In this document: in pieces, positions 10,114-20,501 of the stretch
Layout: each line of letters opens with the position of its first letter
How positions within the stretch are numbered: the stretch's first letter is position 1
NCBI GenBank assembly: GCA_002434805.1
Contig: DJKW01000001.1
Location: 5,805 to 69,804, forward strand
DNA from: Patescibacteria group bacterium UBA6532
GTDB taxonomy: Bacteria; Patescibacteriota; Minisyncoccia; Minisyncoccales; UBA6532
Direction of reading: 5' to 3'
Length of the DNA: 64,000 nt
The notes under the pieces: generated by a model
Databases searched by the model: none
What the model saw: only the letters and a program-made list of their open reading frames with translations
What the model was told of the DNA's origin: nothing
Program-made: the position numbers and the translations under genes

Positions 10114-11025
10114 TTAAAGCCATTTTTTCTTTCTAAAATAAAATACCATTAAACCTGTTAAAATACTCATTAGTCCTATTATAACCCAGAATCCTATGGC
10201 ATTATCATCAAGAGGCAGATGAATGTTCATACCCCAAACCGAAGCGATAAAAGTCAAAGGAAGCATAATGACTGAAAAAACGGTTAAAAGCTGAATGATT
10301 TCATTGGTCTTACTGGAAAGCAATGATTGATTCGTATCCTCTAAAGCTAAGATTGTTTCTTTGTACGTTCTTAAGTGGTTTAAAACCTGATTGTGCGTCC
10401 CTAAAATGTCAGAAAAATAAGGTTTAAGTTCTGGTCCGAAAAAGCTTGATCCCTCTCTATAAAGGGAATCCAAAATCTCTTCTTGGGGTTCTATTATTCT
10501 TAGAAAATCAATGATATCTGTTTTCACAAAAGAAATTTCCAAAACCATTTCTTTTTCTTTCCCTCTGAATATTTCTTTTTCCACTTCATCGATTCGTTGA
10601 TTTATTCTTTGCATCCTCGTTAAGCAATTTTTCCAAAATCCGCTTAAGGCGTAAAAGAGAAGCTGGCCAGTCCCTTCTGACATGTAATTCTTTTTTGATT
10701 CAGAATAAAGATTGCAGTTATCTAGAAGAGATTTTATTGGCAAAATTATTTTATGGTGGGTGGTAATTAAAGTATCTTTAGTAATAATTATATTTAACTG
10801 ACGGGGCCGGGTTTCTCTCCTTTCCTTATTGAAAACGGGATAATAAAGAATCATAAACAAATAATCCTTATAGTGTTCAACCTTGGGTCTGTGACCGTGC
10901 ACTTGTAATTCTTCCAAAACCAAAGGATGGAAATTGTAATTTTCCTTTAAATATTGAATGTCATCTTTGGTGGGATTTTGAAGATCAATCCAGGTTACTC
11001 TTGATCCTTTGGTTATCTTTCTCAT
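10114..11025 (-). CDS. corA: CorA-family Mg2+/Co2+ transporter
   Basis: PLTFIASVWGMN (GMN signature) with two C-terminal TM helices. Confidence 0.93.
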   Translation of the reverse strand: MRKITKGSRVTWIDLQNPTKDDIQYLKENYNFHPLVLEELQVHGHRPKVEHYKDYLFMILYYPVFNKERRETRPRQLNIIITKDTLITTHHKIILPIKSLLDNCNLYSESKKNYMSEGTGQLLFYALSGFWKNCLTRMQRINQRIDEVEKEIFRGKEKEMVLEISFVKTDIIDFLRIIEPQEEILDSLYREGSSFFGPELKPYFSDILGTHNQVLNHLRTYKETILALEDTNQSLLSSKTNEIIQLLTVFSVIMLPLTFIASVWGMNIHLPLDDNAIGFWVIIGLMSILTGLMVFYFRKKKWL

Positions 11026-11125
11026 TAAGTTATTTTATCATGTTTTTAAAAAACAATATTGTGGATAAAAACTTTAACTTGACGAAAATTTCTTATCATG
11101 ATTATAATAACAATTGGAGATATGA

Positions 11126-11338
11126 ATGGATAAAGATAGTATCATTGCTGGAGTCGTAGGACTACTTATTGGAATTACGTTCTTTCTACAAACCCTAAAA
11201 AGCCTTTCTACTTTCTCAATACTTTCTGAAGAAGCAACCGTATCTATCAGCATAGCTGTAGGTATGTTCGCAGGAATAGTTGTTTGGATAATCCTTAGAT
11301 TAGATAATAAACATAAGAAATCGTTCTCTAAAGGGTAG
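11126..11338 (+). CDS. Small 2-TM hypothetical protein in its own promoter-terminator unit
   Basis: TTGACG...TATAAT at 11079-11108, GGAGA SD, two hydrophobic stretches, hairpin + T-tract after stop. Confidence 0.65.
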   Translation: MDKDSIIAGVVGLLIGITFFLQTLKSLSTFSILSEEATVSISIAVGMFAGIVVWIILRLDNKHKKSFSKG

Positions 11339-11384
11339 TAACCATTTTTTTGGCGAACCCTTTATTTTTTTTATTTCTTTACAA

Positions 11385-11411
11385 CTATCACTCTTGACAA
11401 GAGAGTGATAA
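11385..11411. promoter_or_regulatory. CIRCE operator (HrcA binding site), variant
   Basis: CTATCACTC-N9-GAGTGATAA versus consensus TTAGCACTC-N9-GAGTGCTAA, directly upstream of hrcA; the spacer contains TTGACA. Confidence 0.85.
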
Positions 11412-11423
11412 TGATTAAAATGA

Positions 11424-12137
11424 ATGATAATGGTTACAGAGCGCCAAAAAGAAATCTTAGGAGGAGTGATTGAAGAATACATTGATTCGGCTCAGCCCGT
11501 AAGTTCTAAATTTCTTGAGATAGAATATGATTTTGGCATTTGCCCGGCCAGCATTAGAATTGAAATGCAGAAATTAACAGATGATGGATATCTTTACCAA
11601 CCCCATACTTCAGCTGGCAGAGTGCCCACTGATAAGGGCTACCGGTTTTTTGTCGATGACTTGCTTGAGAGAGAATTAAAGGGCTTTAAAAAAGAACTTG
11701 AAATAGAAGATTGGGAAACACTCAAAGAACCCTTAATGACAACCCAAGTGATCACAAAAGGGGTTGCCGGAGCTTGTTCTGGCTTGGTAATAAGTTATCT
11801 TTTAAATAAGAAAATTTCCTGGAAAGAAGGCTGGGAAGGGATTTTCCAAGAACCAGAATTTAAAGAAGCTGGCTTTGCCTCAAAGTTTATACAAATGATT
11901 GACCAGTTTGAAAATAATGTTGAAGATATGGTTTTTGATTTGAAAGAAGAAGTCCGGGTCTACATCGGAAAAGAAAACCCTTTTCCTAAATCTCAAGATT
12001 TTAGCATTATAGTTTCTAGGCTGTCTCTTCCCAAAAAAGAACAGGGGATTGTAGCTATTCTGGGACCGAAAAGAATGACCTATCAAAAAAACATTAACCT
12101 GATTAACTCTTTAACAAGGTTATTAGAAAAACTTTAA
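11424..12137 (+). CDS. hrcA: Heat-inducible transcription repressor HrcA (short form)
   Basis: QPHTSAGRVPTDKGYRFFVD, GPKRMTY; upstream of grpE-dnaK-dnaJ. Confidence 0.93.
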   Translation: MIMVTERQKEILGGVIEEYIDSAQPVSSKFLEIEYDFGICPASIRIEMQKLTDDGYLYQPHTSAGRVPTDKGYRFFVDDLLERELKGFKKELEIEDWETLKEPLMTTQVITKGVAGACSGLVISYLLNKKISWKEGWEGIFQEPEFKEAGFASKFIQMIDQFENNVEDMVFDLKEEVRVYIGKENPFPKSQDFSIIVSRLSLPKKEQGIVAILGPKRMTYQKNINLINSLTRLLEKL

Positions 12138-12139
12138 TT

Positions 12140-12622
12140 ATGGCAGATAAAAAAGAGAAATTAAAAAATCTAAAGAAAGAATTGGAAGAATTAAAAAAGC
12201 AAAAAGAGGAATACTTGGCTGGCTGGCAGCGCTCTCAGGCTGACTTATCAAATTACAAGAAAGAAGAGATAGCAAGAATTGGAGAGCTTTTAAAATATTC
12301 AACCGAAGAATTAATTTTAAAAATCTTTCCAATACTAGATAACTTTGAAACAGCTGAGAAAGCTGTCTCAAAAGATTTAAAAGACAACGAACACTTTAAA
12401 GGAGTTTTGCAGATTAAGGCTCAGCTTAAAAGCTTATTAAAAAGTCTGGGATTAGAAGAAATAAAGACGGTTGGTGAAAAATTTAATCCTAACTTTCAAG
12501 AAGTAGTCAAAGAGGTCGAAATAAAAGAAAAAGAATCGGGTACAATAACAGAAGAAATTCAAAAAGGTTATACATTACATGGCAAGGTCTTGAGACCGGC
12601 CAAAGTAAAGGTTGTAAAATAA
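12140..12622 (+). CDS. grpE: Nucleotide exchange factor GrpE
   Basis: RSQADLSNYKK, KGYTLHGKVLRPAKVKV. Confidence 0.95.
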   Translation: MADKKEKLKNLKKELEELKKQKEEYLAGWQRSQADLSNYKKEEIARIGELLKYSTEELILKIFPILDNFETAEKAVSKDLKDNEHFKGVLQIKAQLKSLLKSLGLEEIKTVGEKFNPNFQEVVKEVEIKEKESGTITEEIQKGYTLHGKVLRPAKVKVVK

Positions 12623-12658
12623 CTGTATTTCATTATTAAAAAATAATTAATCAAACTT

Positions 12659-14548
12659 ATGTCAAAAATTCTAGGAATTGATCTCGGCACCACCTTTTCT
12701 GCAATGTCAGTAGTGGAAGCCGGGGAACCAAAAATCATTGAAAATAAAGAAGGAGCAAGAACAACTCCTTCAGTTGTTGCTTTAACTAAAAACAACGAAA
12801 GGTTAGTCGGTGTTTTAGCCAGAAGGCAGCAGATTACCAATCCCCAAAATACTATTTATTCAGTAAAGCGCCTGATTGGCCGAAGATTTAAAGATTCTCA
12901 GGTCCAAAAAGACAAGAAACTTTTGCCTTATGAAATAAAGGAAGCTTCGGACGGCGGGATTGAAGTTAAAATGGGTGATAAGTGGCACAAGCCAGCTGAA
13001 ATTTCAGCCATGATCTTGCAAAAACTAAAACAGGATGCTGAAGAAAAATTAGGAGAAAAAATTACCGAAGCCATAATCACTTGTCCGGCTTATTTTGATG
13101 ATTCCCAAAGAAAAGCAACCAAGGTAGCAGGTGAAATTGCCGGTTTTAAGGTCAGGCGGGTCATTAACGAACCCACAGCCGCTGCCTTAGCTTACGGTCT
13201 GACTAAAAAGAAAGAGCAAAGAATTGTCGTTTACGACTTTGGCGGAGGAACTTTTGATATTTCTGTATTAGATATTAGTAAAGATACAATAGAAGTAAAA
13301 GCTACGGGCGGCGATACCCATCTTGGCGGAGATGACTTTGACCAAAAGATAATGAACTGGATAGTGGACCAATTCAAAAAAGACCAGGGCATTGATCTCT
13401 CTAAAGACCAGTTAGCCCTTCAAAGGTTAAAAGAGGTGGCTGAAAAGGCAAAAATTGAACTGTCTTCATCCTTGGAAGCTGAAATCAACCTGCCTTTTAT
13501 TACTTCAGATCAGGCAGGCCCAAAACACCTTTACTATAAGATAACTAGGGCTAAATTAGAGGAACTAGTAAGAGAATATGTTGATAAATCAATTGACTTG
13601 GTTAAAGAAACCATAAAAGAAGCAAAGATGGAGCCCAAAGATATTGCGGAAATAGTTTTGGTTGGAGGACAAACCAGAATGCCCAAGATTCAAGAAGACC
13701 TTAAAAAGGTCTTTGGCAAAGAGCCCAATAAGTCAATTAACCCAGATGAGGTGGTAGCTATTGGAGCTGCTATTCAAGCTGGAATCTTGCAGGGTGAAGT
13801 AAAGGATGTTTTGCTTTTGGATGTAACCCCTTTGTCTTTGGGAATTGAGACTCTGGGAAGGGTAAACACCGTATTAATTGCTAAAAATACCACTATTCCT
13901 ACGGCCAAAACCCAGGTTTTCTCTACGGCGGGTGACAACCAGCCTTCTGTTGAAATTCATGTTTTGCAGGGAGAAAGAGCAATGACTGAAGACAATAAAA
14001 CCTTGGGAAGATTTATTCTGGACGGTATTCCTCCCTCTCCCCGGGGCCTTCCTCAAATTGAAGTAACCTTTGATATTGACGCTAACGGAATACTTAATGT
14101 TTCAGCCAAAGACAAGGCTACTAATAAATCCCAATCAATTAAAATTGAAGGGTCAACGGGAATCTCTAAAGAGGAAGTGGAGAAAATGAAAAAGGAAGCT
14201 GAACTCCATGCCAAAGAAGATGAAAAAAAGAAAGAACTAATTGAAATAAGGAATCTTGCAGATAATTTAATTTACAGCACAGAAAAAACTATTAAAGATG
14301 CAGGAGATAAAGTGACTCCTGAAGTTAAAAAAGAAATTGAAGGAAAAGTTGAAGCTTTAAAAAAGTTAAAAGACAGCGATAATACAGAAGAAATAAAGAA
14401 AACAGCTGACGATCTCTCTCAAGCAATCCAGAAAGTTGGAAAAGCAATGTACGAGAAAAAAGATAAGGATCAAAAACCAGAACAACCTCCGGTCAGCAAA
14501 GATAAAAAAGACACCCAAGAAGGGGAGTATAAAGAAAAAGAAAAGTAA
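12659..14548 (+). CDS. dnaK: Chaperone DnaK
   Basis: [41 protein letters not shown]. Confidence 0.99.
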   Translation: MSKILGIDLGTTFSAMSVVEAGEPKIIENKEGARTTPSVVALTKNNERLVGVLARRQQITNPQNTIYSVKRLIGRRFKDSQVQKDKKLLPYEIKEASDGGIEVKMGDKWHKPAEISAMILQKLKQDAEEKLGEKITEAIITCPAYFDDSQRKATKVAGEIAGFKVRRVINEPTAAALAYGLTKKKEQRIVVYDFGGGTFDISVLDISKDTIEVKATGGDTHLGGDDFDQKIMNWIVDQFKKDQGIDLSKDQLALQRLKEVAEKAKIELSSSLEAEINLPFITSDQAGPKHLYYKITRAKLEELVREYVDKSIDLVKETIKEAKMEPKDIAEIVLVGGQTRMPKIQEDLKKVFGKEPNKSINPDEVVAIGAAIQAGILQGEVKDVLLLDVTPLSLGIETLGRVNTVLIAKNTTIPTAKTQVFSTAGDNQPSVEIHVLQGERAMTEDNKTLGRFILDGIPPSPRGLPQIEVTFDIDANGILNVSAKDKATNKSQSIKIEGSTGISKEEVEKMKKEAELHAKEDEKKKELIEIRNLADNLIYSTEKTIKDAGDKVTPEVKKEIEGKVEALKKLKDSDNTEEIKKTADDLSQAIQKVGKAMYEKKDKDQKPEQPPVSKDKKDTQEGEYKEKEK

Positions 14549-14551
14549 TCT

Positions 14552-15607
14552 ATGAAAGACTATTACCAGGTACTAGGCGTTTCGCGCAATGCCTCTCAAG
14601 AAGAAATAAAAAAAGCTTTTAGAAAACTGGCCCATCAATACCATCCAGATAAAGGCGGAGATGAAAAAAAGTTCAAAGAAATCAACGAAGCCTATCAGAT
14701 TCTTTCAGATAAGAACAAGAGGTCTCAATATGACAGGTTTGGCCAGGGTTTTGAAGGAGGAGCTCCATTTGGCCAGGGTTTTGACTTTGGGTCAGCTCAA
14801 GGTTTTGACTTTGGGGCATTCGGTGATATATTTGGAGACCTTTTCGGAGGTGGGGCTCAAAGAAAAGAAGATTTAAAAAGAGGTAAAAATATTGAAATTC
14901 AAATAGAAGTTCCCTTAGAGATAACCCTTAAAGGAAGAAGCAAAGAAATTTCTTTGGAAAAAATGATTTTATGCAATCGATGCCAGGGAAAAGGAGGAGA
15001 ACCTGGCACCCCTCTCAATGAATGTTTTTCCTGCCGGGGAACCGGACAAGTTCAACAAATTATGAAAACTCCTTTGGGATCTTTTACCAGGATTACGATT
15101 TGTCCTGAATGTAAGGGAGAGGGATCTAAGCCCAAAAACCCCTGTAACGTTTGTAAGGGAGAAGGAAGAACTAGAGGAAAAGAGAGTATTAAAATCTTTA
15201 TTCCAGCCGGAGTTGATACCAATCAAGTAATAAAGCTTGAAGGAAAAGGGGAAGCAGGAAGAAAAGGAGGAGAATCAGGCGATTTGTACTTTAGAATCTT
15301 TCTTAAAGAACATCCTATTTTTAAGAGAAGAGGGGATGACTTGTTTTTAAGAGTACCTATTTCCTTTTCTCAGGCCGCTTTGGGAGATGAAGTAGAAATA
15401 CCCACTCTAGAAGGAACCAATATCTTGCTTAAAGTCCCTCAAGGTACAGAAACAGGAAAGATTTTCCGGATTTCAAGTAAAGGGATTCCTCGCTTTTCTG
15501 GTTTTGGCAGAGGCAGCATCTATGTTGAATTAGTTTTAAAAACGCCTAAAAAATTAACTAGAGAACAAAAAGAACTTCTAAAGAAATTGAAGGAAGAAGG
15601 AATATAA
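14552..15607 (+). CDS. dnaJ: Chaperone DnaJ
   Basis: J-domain HPD, G/F region, four CxxCxGxG repeats. Confidence 0.98.
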   Translation: MKDYYQVLGVSRNASQEEIKKAFRKLAHQYHPDKGGDEKKFKEINEAYQILSDKNKRSQYDRFGQGFEGGAPFGQGFDFGSAQGFDFGAFGDIFGDLFGGGAQRKEDLKRGKNIEIQIEVPLEITLKGRSKEISLEKMILCNRCQGKGGEPGTPLNECFSCRGTGQVQQIMKTPLGSFTRITICPECKGEGSKPKNPCNVCKGEGRTRGKESIKIFIPAGVDTNQVIKLEGKGEAGRKGGESGDLYFRIFLKEHPIFKRRGDDLFLRVPISFSQAALGDEVEIPTLEGTNILLKVPQGTETGKIFRISSKGIPRFSGFGRGSIYVELVLKTPKKLTREQKELLKKLKEEGI

Positions 15608-15639
15608 TAAAAAGTGTGGTAAGATAAAAAACGTCACAT

Positions 15640-15712
15640 GCCCCCGTAGCTCAATTGGTAGAGCAGTGGCCTTTTAAGCCATTGGTTCCCCGTTCGAGTC
15701 GGGGCGGGGGTA
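15640..15712 (+). tRNA. tRNA-Lys(UUU), CCA not encoded
   Basis: Acceptor GCCCCCG/CGGGGGT, D-arm GCTC/GAGC, anticodon arm GTGGC-CTTTTAA-GCCAT, T-loop TTCGAGT. Confidence 0.96.
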
Positions 15713-15871
15713 CTTTTTATTTACAAAATATTAATATAAAGAAATAGTTGACAAGAAAACATCCTCATGTTATCTTATAAATAGAGGACATTACCAAAGA
15801 TATTTATTTTAAAGCATCATAAACCGATGGCTAAAGAGCAATGGGATCTTATGGTGCTTTTTGATTAAAAT

Positions 15872-16189
15872 ATGGCTTATTCCAACAAATATACATTTAA
15901 AGATGTCCAAGAGAAAGCCCTTAGCTGGTTCTGGGTTATTATATTTATTAGTGCAATCTTCTACTTGCGATGGCTTTTAATAGAAATGCACGTACAGACT
16001 CTTGAGCTAGCTGAAGAAAGAAGAAGAATAGAAATAGCTATGGAAGAAAACCACAAAGAGATGGAACATTTCCAAACAGAGTTTCAAGCTGAAGTAGAAA
16101 AAGCAGCTATGGATTTTATTAGATTTCTCCAGAACACAAGTGAATATCCTTCTTATTACAGATATCTTCCACCAAAAACAGATGATTAA
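15872..16189 (+). CDS. Hypothetical single-TM protein with acidic coiled-coil
   Basis: 105-aa ORF, upstream TTGACA promoter (15748), downstream hairpin terminator. Confidence 0.65.
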   Translation: MAYSNKYTFKDVQEKALSWFWVIIFISAIFYLRWLLIEMHVQTLELAEERRRIEIAMEENHKEMEHFQTEFQAEVEKAAMDFIRFLQNTSEYPSYYRYLPPKTDD

Positions 16190-16196
16190 TTCTTAA

Positions 16197-16232
16197 AGCA
16201 AAACCGCCCAGCGATGGGTGGTTTTTGTTTTA
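16197..16232 (+). terminator. Intrinsic terminator
   Basis: AAAACCGCCCA-GCGA-TGGGTGGTTTT hairpin + T-tract. Confidence 0.7.
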
Positions 16233-16274
16233 ACTCCCATAATTTTATTTTTTAGATTATGTTATAATTTAATA

Positions 16275-16469
16275 ATGAATTATGGTAACAAGGCTTTAGA
16301 TCAAATAAGAGGATATGGTTTAGGTGTTTTTTCAAAAGATAATTTTGAACTTCTCTTTTGGGTATTTATTATCTCTTCTATTCTTAATCTTTTTTTTACT
16401 AATGGTAATTATTTTGAATTCTATTTAGGAGGAACAATAATCTTCTTTCTACTTCATAAGTTTTTCTAA
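16275..16469 (+). CDS. Small 2-TM hypothetical protein
   Basis: ATG at 16275 (MNYGNK...) just after TGTTATAAT; hydrophobic. Confidence 0.5.
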   Translation: MNYGNKALDQIRGYGLGVFSKDNFELLFWVFIISSILNLFFTNGNYFEFYLGGTIIFFLLHKFF

Positions 16470-16549
16470 AATATCTTTTTCCATTTTACTATCAATTATT
16501 CCTTCTTTTTTCCAAAATAGAATTATCCTAAAGATAGATAATCTATAAA

Positions 16550-16577
16550 ATGTCGCACAAGATGTGTTATGGGATTT
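16550..16577. other. dif-like Xer site (11-6-11), copy 1
   Basis: ATGTCGCACAA-GATGTG-TTATGGGATTT; the left arm is the exact reverse complement of the arm flanking the xer gene. Confidence 0.6.
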
Positions 16578-16649
16578 AAACAAGAAACTAATCATGACTG
16601 ATTAGTTTTTTTGTCGACTTTTATTTGAAAATTTGTTATATTAATAAAG

Positions 16650-17864
16650 ATGACAACTCTAGGTAAAAAAAGTTTCTTGTTGTTTTTTTTAGTTGTAGCT
16701 ATTTTAGCTACATTTGCTTTTGGTTATTATATCGGCCAAAGACAGAAAGAATTAGCTCCCATAAAAGGAGTAATCAATACAGATCTTGGAGAACAAGAAG
16801 GAGTGGACTTTTCTCTTTTTTGGGATGTCTGGAGAATCGTCCAAGAAAAACACGTTGATAGAGGGAATCTGGATTTTCAGGAAATGGTATATGGAGCAAT
16901 CTCTGGAATGGTAAAAGCCCTAGATGATCCCTATACTGTTTTCATGCCTCCGGCCGATACTAAAATATTCAAAGAAGACGTGACTGGAGAATTCCAAGGA
17001 GTAGGGATGGAAATTGGGATAAGAAATGGAGAGCTTACAGTGGTTTCTCCGTTAGAAGGAACTCCGGCTGAAAGAGCAGGATTGAGGGCTGGTGATAAAA
17101 TTCTTAAAGTAGATGATACTTTTACTCGAGACTTAACTATTGATGAAGCCGTAAAGCTTATTCGAGGCCCCAAAGGAGAAGAGGTTGTCTTGACCGTTTT
17201 AAGAGACAGCTGGGAGAAGACAAAGGAAATTAAAATTATCCGGGATGTTATTGAAATTCCTTCTCTTAAATGGGAAATGAAAGGGGAAGACATCGCTTAT
17301 ATTAAGCTTTATCAATTTTCAGAAAAGGCAAAGACCGACTTTGATATAGCCGGGATTGAAATCTTAAACAGCCAAGCAAAGAAAATCATTCTAGATTTAC
17401 GAGGCAACCCCGGAGGATATCTTGAGGTGGCTAGAGACATAGCTGGATGGTTTTTGGAAACAGGACAAATTGTTACCATAGAAGATTTTGGACACGATAT
17501 AAAATCAGAAGAATACAAAGCAACCGGTAACGAAAAATTCCTATCCTACCCAGTAGTAGTTTTAATAAACCAGGGTTCAGCTTCCGGGTCTGAAATTTTA
17601 GCTGGAGCTCTCAGGGATAATCGTGGTATAAAGCTCATAGGCGAGACTTCCTTCGGCAAAGGTTCTGTCCAGCAGTTAGAAGATTTAAAAGAAAACTCAA
17701 GCTTAAAGGTGACAATAGCTAAATGGTTAACTCCTAATGGAGATTTGATCGCCGGCCAAGGATTAGAACCAGATATTAAAGTGGAGATGACAGAAGAAGA
17801 TTATAATGAAGAAAGAGATCCTCAGCTTGACAAAGCAATTGAAACACTAAATCAGATAAGGTAA
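16650..17864 (+). CDS. ctpA: S41 family C-terminal processing peptidase (PDZ)
   Basis: LDDPYT, DLRGNPGG, SASGSEILAGAL, SFGKGSVQ. Confidence 0.95.
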   Translation: MTTLGKKSFLLFFLVVAILATFAFGYYIGQRQKELAPIKGVINTDLGEQEGVDFSLFWDVWRIVQEKHVDRGNLDFQEMVYGAISGMVKALDDPYTVFMPPADTKIFKEDVTGEFQGVGMEIGIRNGELTVVSPLEGTPAERAGLRAGDKILKVDDTFTRDLTIDEAVKLIRGPKGEEVVLTVLRDSWEKTKEIKIIRDVIEIPSLKWEMKGEDIAYIKLYQFSEKAKTDFDIAGIEILNSQAKKIILDLRGNPGGYLEVARDIAGWFLETGQIVTIEDFGHDIKSEEYKATGNEKFLSYPVVVLINQGSASGSEILAGALRDNRGIKLIGETSFGKGSVQQLEDLKENSSLKVTIAKWLTPNGDLIAGQGLEPDIKVEMTEEDYNEERDPQLDKAIETLNQIR

Positions 17865-17873
17865 AATTAGAAT

Positions 17874-18320
17874 ATGCGTATTATACTTCTCAAAGACGTA
17901 GATAAAGTAGGAAAGAAATATGAAATAAAAAATGTGGCAGACGGTTTTGCCAGAAATTTTTTAATTCCAAAAGAATTAGCTAAGCCAGCAACGGAAAAAT
18001 ATATTAAGTGGGTGGAAACCCAAAAAGAAATCCTGGAGAAAAAAGCCGAAGAAGACCTTAAAAAATACCAAGAGTCAGCTTCAAAACTGGAAGGATTAGA
18101 AGTCACTATTCCAGTTAAAGTAGGAAAAGAGGATCAGCTTTTTGAATCAATAACTCCTCAAAAGGTGTCTGAGAAAATAAAAGAGCTTGGTATTAATGTT
18201 AAAAAATCGGAAATTGATCTGATAAATCCCATAAAAGAACTTGGCGAATTCCCAGTAAAGATTAAATTTAATCACAACTTAGAGATAGAAATAAAGATAG
18301 TAGTTGTTGAAGAGAAATAA
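17874..18320 (+). CDS. rplI: 50S ribosomal protein bL9
   Basis: MRIILLKDV...VADGFARNFLIPK, PIKELG. Confidence 0.96.
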   Translation: MRIILLKDVDKVGKKYEIKNVADGFARNFLIPKELAKPATEKYIKWVETQKEILEKKAEEDLKKYQESASKLEGLEVTIPVKVGKEDQLFESITPQKVSEKIKELGINVKKSEIDLINPIKELGEFPVKIKFNHNLEIEIKIVVVEEK

Positions 18321-18324
18321 GTTT

Positions 18325-19941
18325 GTGCCCCGATATATTTTCGTTGCCGGAGGTGTAATGTCTGGTATCGGCAAAGGGGTGGCTATAGCCAGTATTGGAA
18401 GAATACTTCAAAGCAAGGGTTTTAAAGTCACCGCAACTAAAATTGATCCTTACGTCAATGTTGATGCCGGAACAATGAACCCCATTGAACATGGGGAAGT
18501 TTTTGTAACAGATGACGGAACAGAGTGCGACCAAGATATTGGAAATTACGAAAGATTCTTAGATTTAAACCTTGATACTAATAACTATATTACAACTGGA
18601 CGAGTTTATCTCTCAGTCATCAATCGAGAAAGGAACTTGGAGTATAAAGGTAAATGCGTTGAGGTTGTGCCGGATATTCCCAATGAAGTAATTTCAAGAA
18701 TTAAAAAAGCAGTAAAAATTTCCAATGCTGACTTTGTTTTAGTGGAAATTGGAGGAACAGTGGGGGAATACCAAAGTGTTCTTTTCTTGGAAGCAGCCCG
18801 AATGATGAAAATTGAAGATCCCAAAAGCGTTCTCTTTATTCTCGTAAGCTATTTGCCAGTACCCGAGATGATAGGTGAAATGAAAACCAAGCCGACCCAG
18901 TATGCCGTAAGATCGCTGAACATGGCCGGTATTCAGCCCGATATCATTATTGCCAGGTCAATCATTCCTTTAGACAAACAAAGAAAAAAGAAAATATCCA
19001 CTTTCTGCAATGTTTTAGAAGAAAATGTTATTGCCGCTCCCGATGTTTCCTCTATCTATGAAATTCCTCTTAATTTTGAAAAAGAGAATCTAGGAAATAA
19101 GATTTTAAAGAAACTAGATTTAAAGCCAAGAAAATCTGATTTAAGAAAATGGAAAAATCTAGTCAAGGTTATTAAGTCTTCCAGAAAGAATGTAAAAATA
19201 GGGATAATCGGCAAATACTTTCGAACCGGGAAATTTACCTTAACAGACTCTTATATCTCCGTTATTGAAGCTGTAAAGCACGCTGTTTGGTTTTATAAAA
19301 GAAAACCAGAGATTGTCTGGTTAAGTGCCGAAGATTACGAAAAAAATCCTCACCAGCTTGAAGAATTAAAGGATTATGACGGTATTATTGTTCCTGGCGG
19401 CTTTGGCAAAAGAGGAATAGAAGGAAAGATAAAAGCAATTGAATTTTGCAGAAAGAATAAAATTCCTTTTTTTGGCCTTTGCCTTGGCATGCAGCTGGCT
19501 GTAGTAGAATTCGCGAGGAATGTCTCTAAAATGAAAGGAGCCCATACAACAGAAATCATGACAAACTCCAAGTACCCGGTTATTGACTTTATGGCAGACC
19601 AAAAAATTCTTTTAAAGGAAAAAAAGTACGGAGGAACAATGAGGTTAGGGGAGTATAAATGCAAGATTAAGCCAAAAACAATCAGCTTTAAGGCCTATAA
19701 AACTTCTAATATTTCCGAGCGCCATCGCCACCGCTATGAGTTAAATAATAAATTTAGAAATGCTCTAGAAAAGAAAGGAATGGTTATGGCAGGAATTAAT
19801 CCAAAAAGAAACCTGGTAGAAATTATCGAACTTAAGGACCACCCATTTTTCCTGGGAACCCAGTTCCATCCAGAATTCAAATCAAGGGCTTTGGAACCAC
19901 ATCCTTTGTTCAGAGAATTTATTCGAGCTTCTTTGAAATAA
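18325..19941 (+). CDS. pyrG: CTP synthase
   Basis: GGVMSGIGKG, KIDPYVNVDAGTM, KTKPTQ, GLCLGMQ, QFHPEF; likely GTG start at 18325. Confidence 0.98.
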   Translation: MPRYIFVAGGVMSGIGKGVAIASIGRILQSKGFKVTATKIDPYVNVDAGTMNPIEHGEVFVTDDGTECDQDIGNYERFLDLNLDTNNYITTGRVYLSVINRERNLEYKGKCVEVVPDIPNEVISRIKKAVKISNADFVLVEIGGTVGEYQSVLFLEAARMMKIEDPKSVLFILVSYLPVPEMIGEMKTKPTQYAVRSLNMAGIQPDIIIARSIIPLDKQRKKKISTFCNVLEENVIAAPDVSSIYEIPLNFEKENLGNKILKKLDLKPRKSDLRKWKNLVKVIKSSRKNVKIGIIGKYFRTGKFTLTDSYISVIEAVKHAVWFYKRKPEIVWLSAEDYEKNPHQLEELKDYDGIIVPGGFGKRGIEGKIKAIEFCRKNKIPFFGLCLGMQLAVVEFARNVSKMKGAHTTEIMTNSKYPVIDFMADQKILLKEKKYGGTMRLGEYKCKIKPKTISFKAYKTSNISERHRHRYELNNKFRNALEKKGMVMAGINPKRNLVEIIELKDHPFFLGTQFHPEFKSRALEPHPLFREFIRASLK

Positions 19942-19991
19942 AAAAGGGCCTTTTAAAGGACCAACTTATAAAAATAAGTTTTTAATATTAA

Positions 19992-20267
19992 TTAGGGTTC
20001 CACGCTTATAATCTTAACTATTCTCTGGGAATTATCAAATAATCTTTTCTTTTTAGTCTGAAATTTAACTACTCCTGATTTTAAAGCATACAAGGTATCG
20101 TCTCCGCCCCGCTTTACATTTTTGCCGGCTAAAATCCTGGTTCCTCTCTGCCTAACTAAAATCTGACCAGTTTTAGCTGACTGACCTTCATAAAGTTTTA
20201 CTCCCAAATATTTGGGAAGGGAATCTCTTCCTAATCCCGTAGAACCTGTAGCTTTAGTCTTTGCCAT
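19992..20267 (-). CDS. rpmA: 50S ribosomal protein bL27
   Basis: [30 protein letters not shown]. Confidence 0.96.
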   Translation of the reverse strand: MAKTKATGSTGLGRDSLPKYLGVKLYEGQSAKTGQILVRQRGTRILAGKNVKRGGDDTLYALKSGVVKFQTKKKRLFDNSQRIVKIISVEP

Positions 20268-20276
20268 ATTAAAGGT

Positions 20277-20501
20277 ATGTTATCACGACTTAGACAATTC
20301 ATCAAGGAACATCAAGAAGAAATTATCTTGTTTATTGGAGTTATTTTAATTTCTTTGCTTTCTTTTGCTGCCGGCTTTATTACAGCAAAAAGTGAAGAAA
20401 AACAGCCAATTAGAATAGAAAAAAATCAAAATGAAAAACACCAAAGTAGCCATTATTGGAGCGGGGATATGCGGATTGTATCTCGCTTGGAAGCTTTCTG
20501 A
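20277..20501 (+). CDS. Small single-TM hypothetical protein
   Basis: [22 protein letters not shown] helix; 3' end overlaps the next gene. Confidence 0.6.
   Translation: MLSRLRQFIKEHQEEIILFIGVILISLLSFAAGFITAKSEEKQPIRIEKNQNEKHQSSHYWSGDMRIVSRLEAF

Noticed and set aside
14739-14815. Short repeats GGCCAGGGTTTTGA in dnaJ
   Set aside because: They encode the ordinary G/F-rich linker.
15640-16600. Prophage or integrative element at tRNA-Lys
   Set aside because: No integrase or phage genes, and no duplicated tRNA 3' end found by eye in the window.
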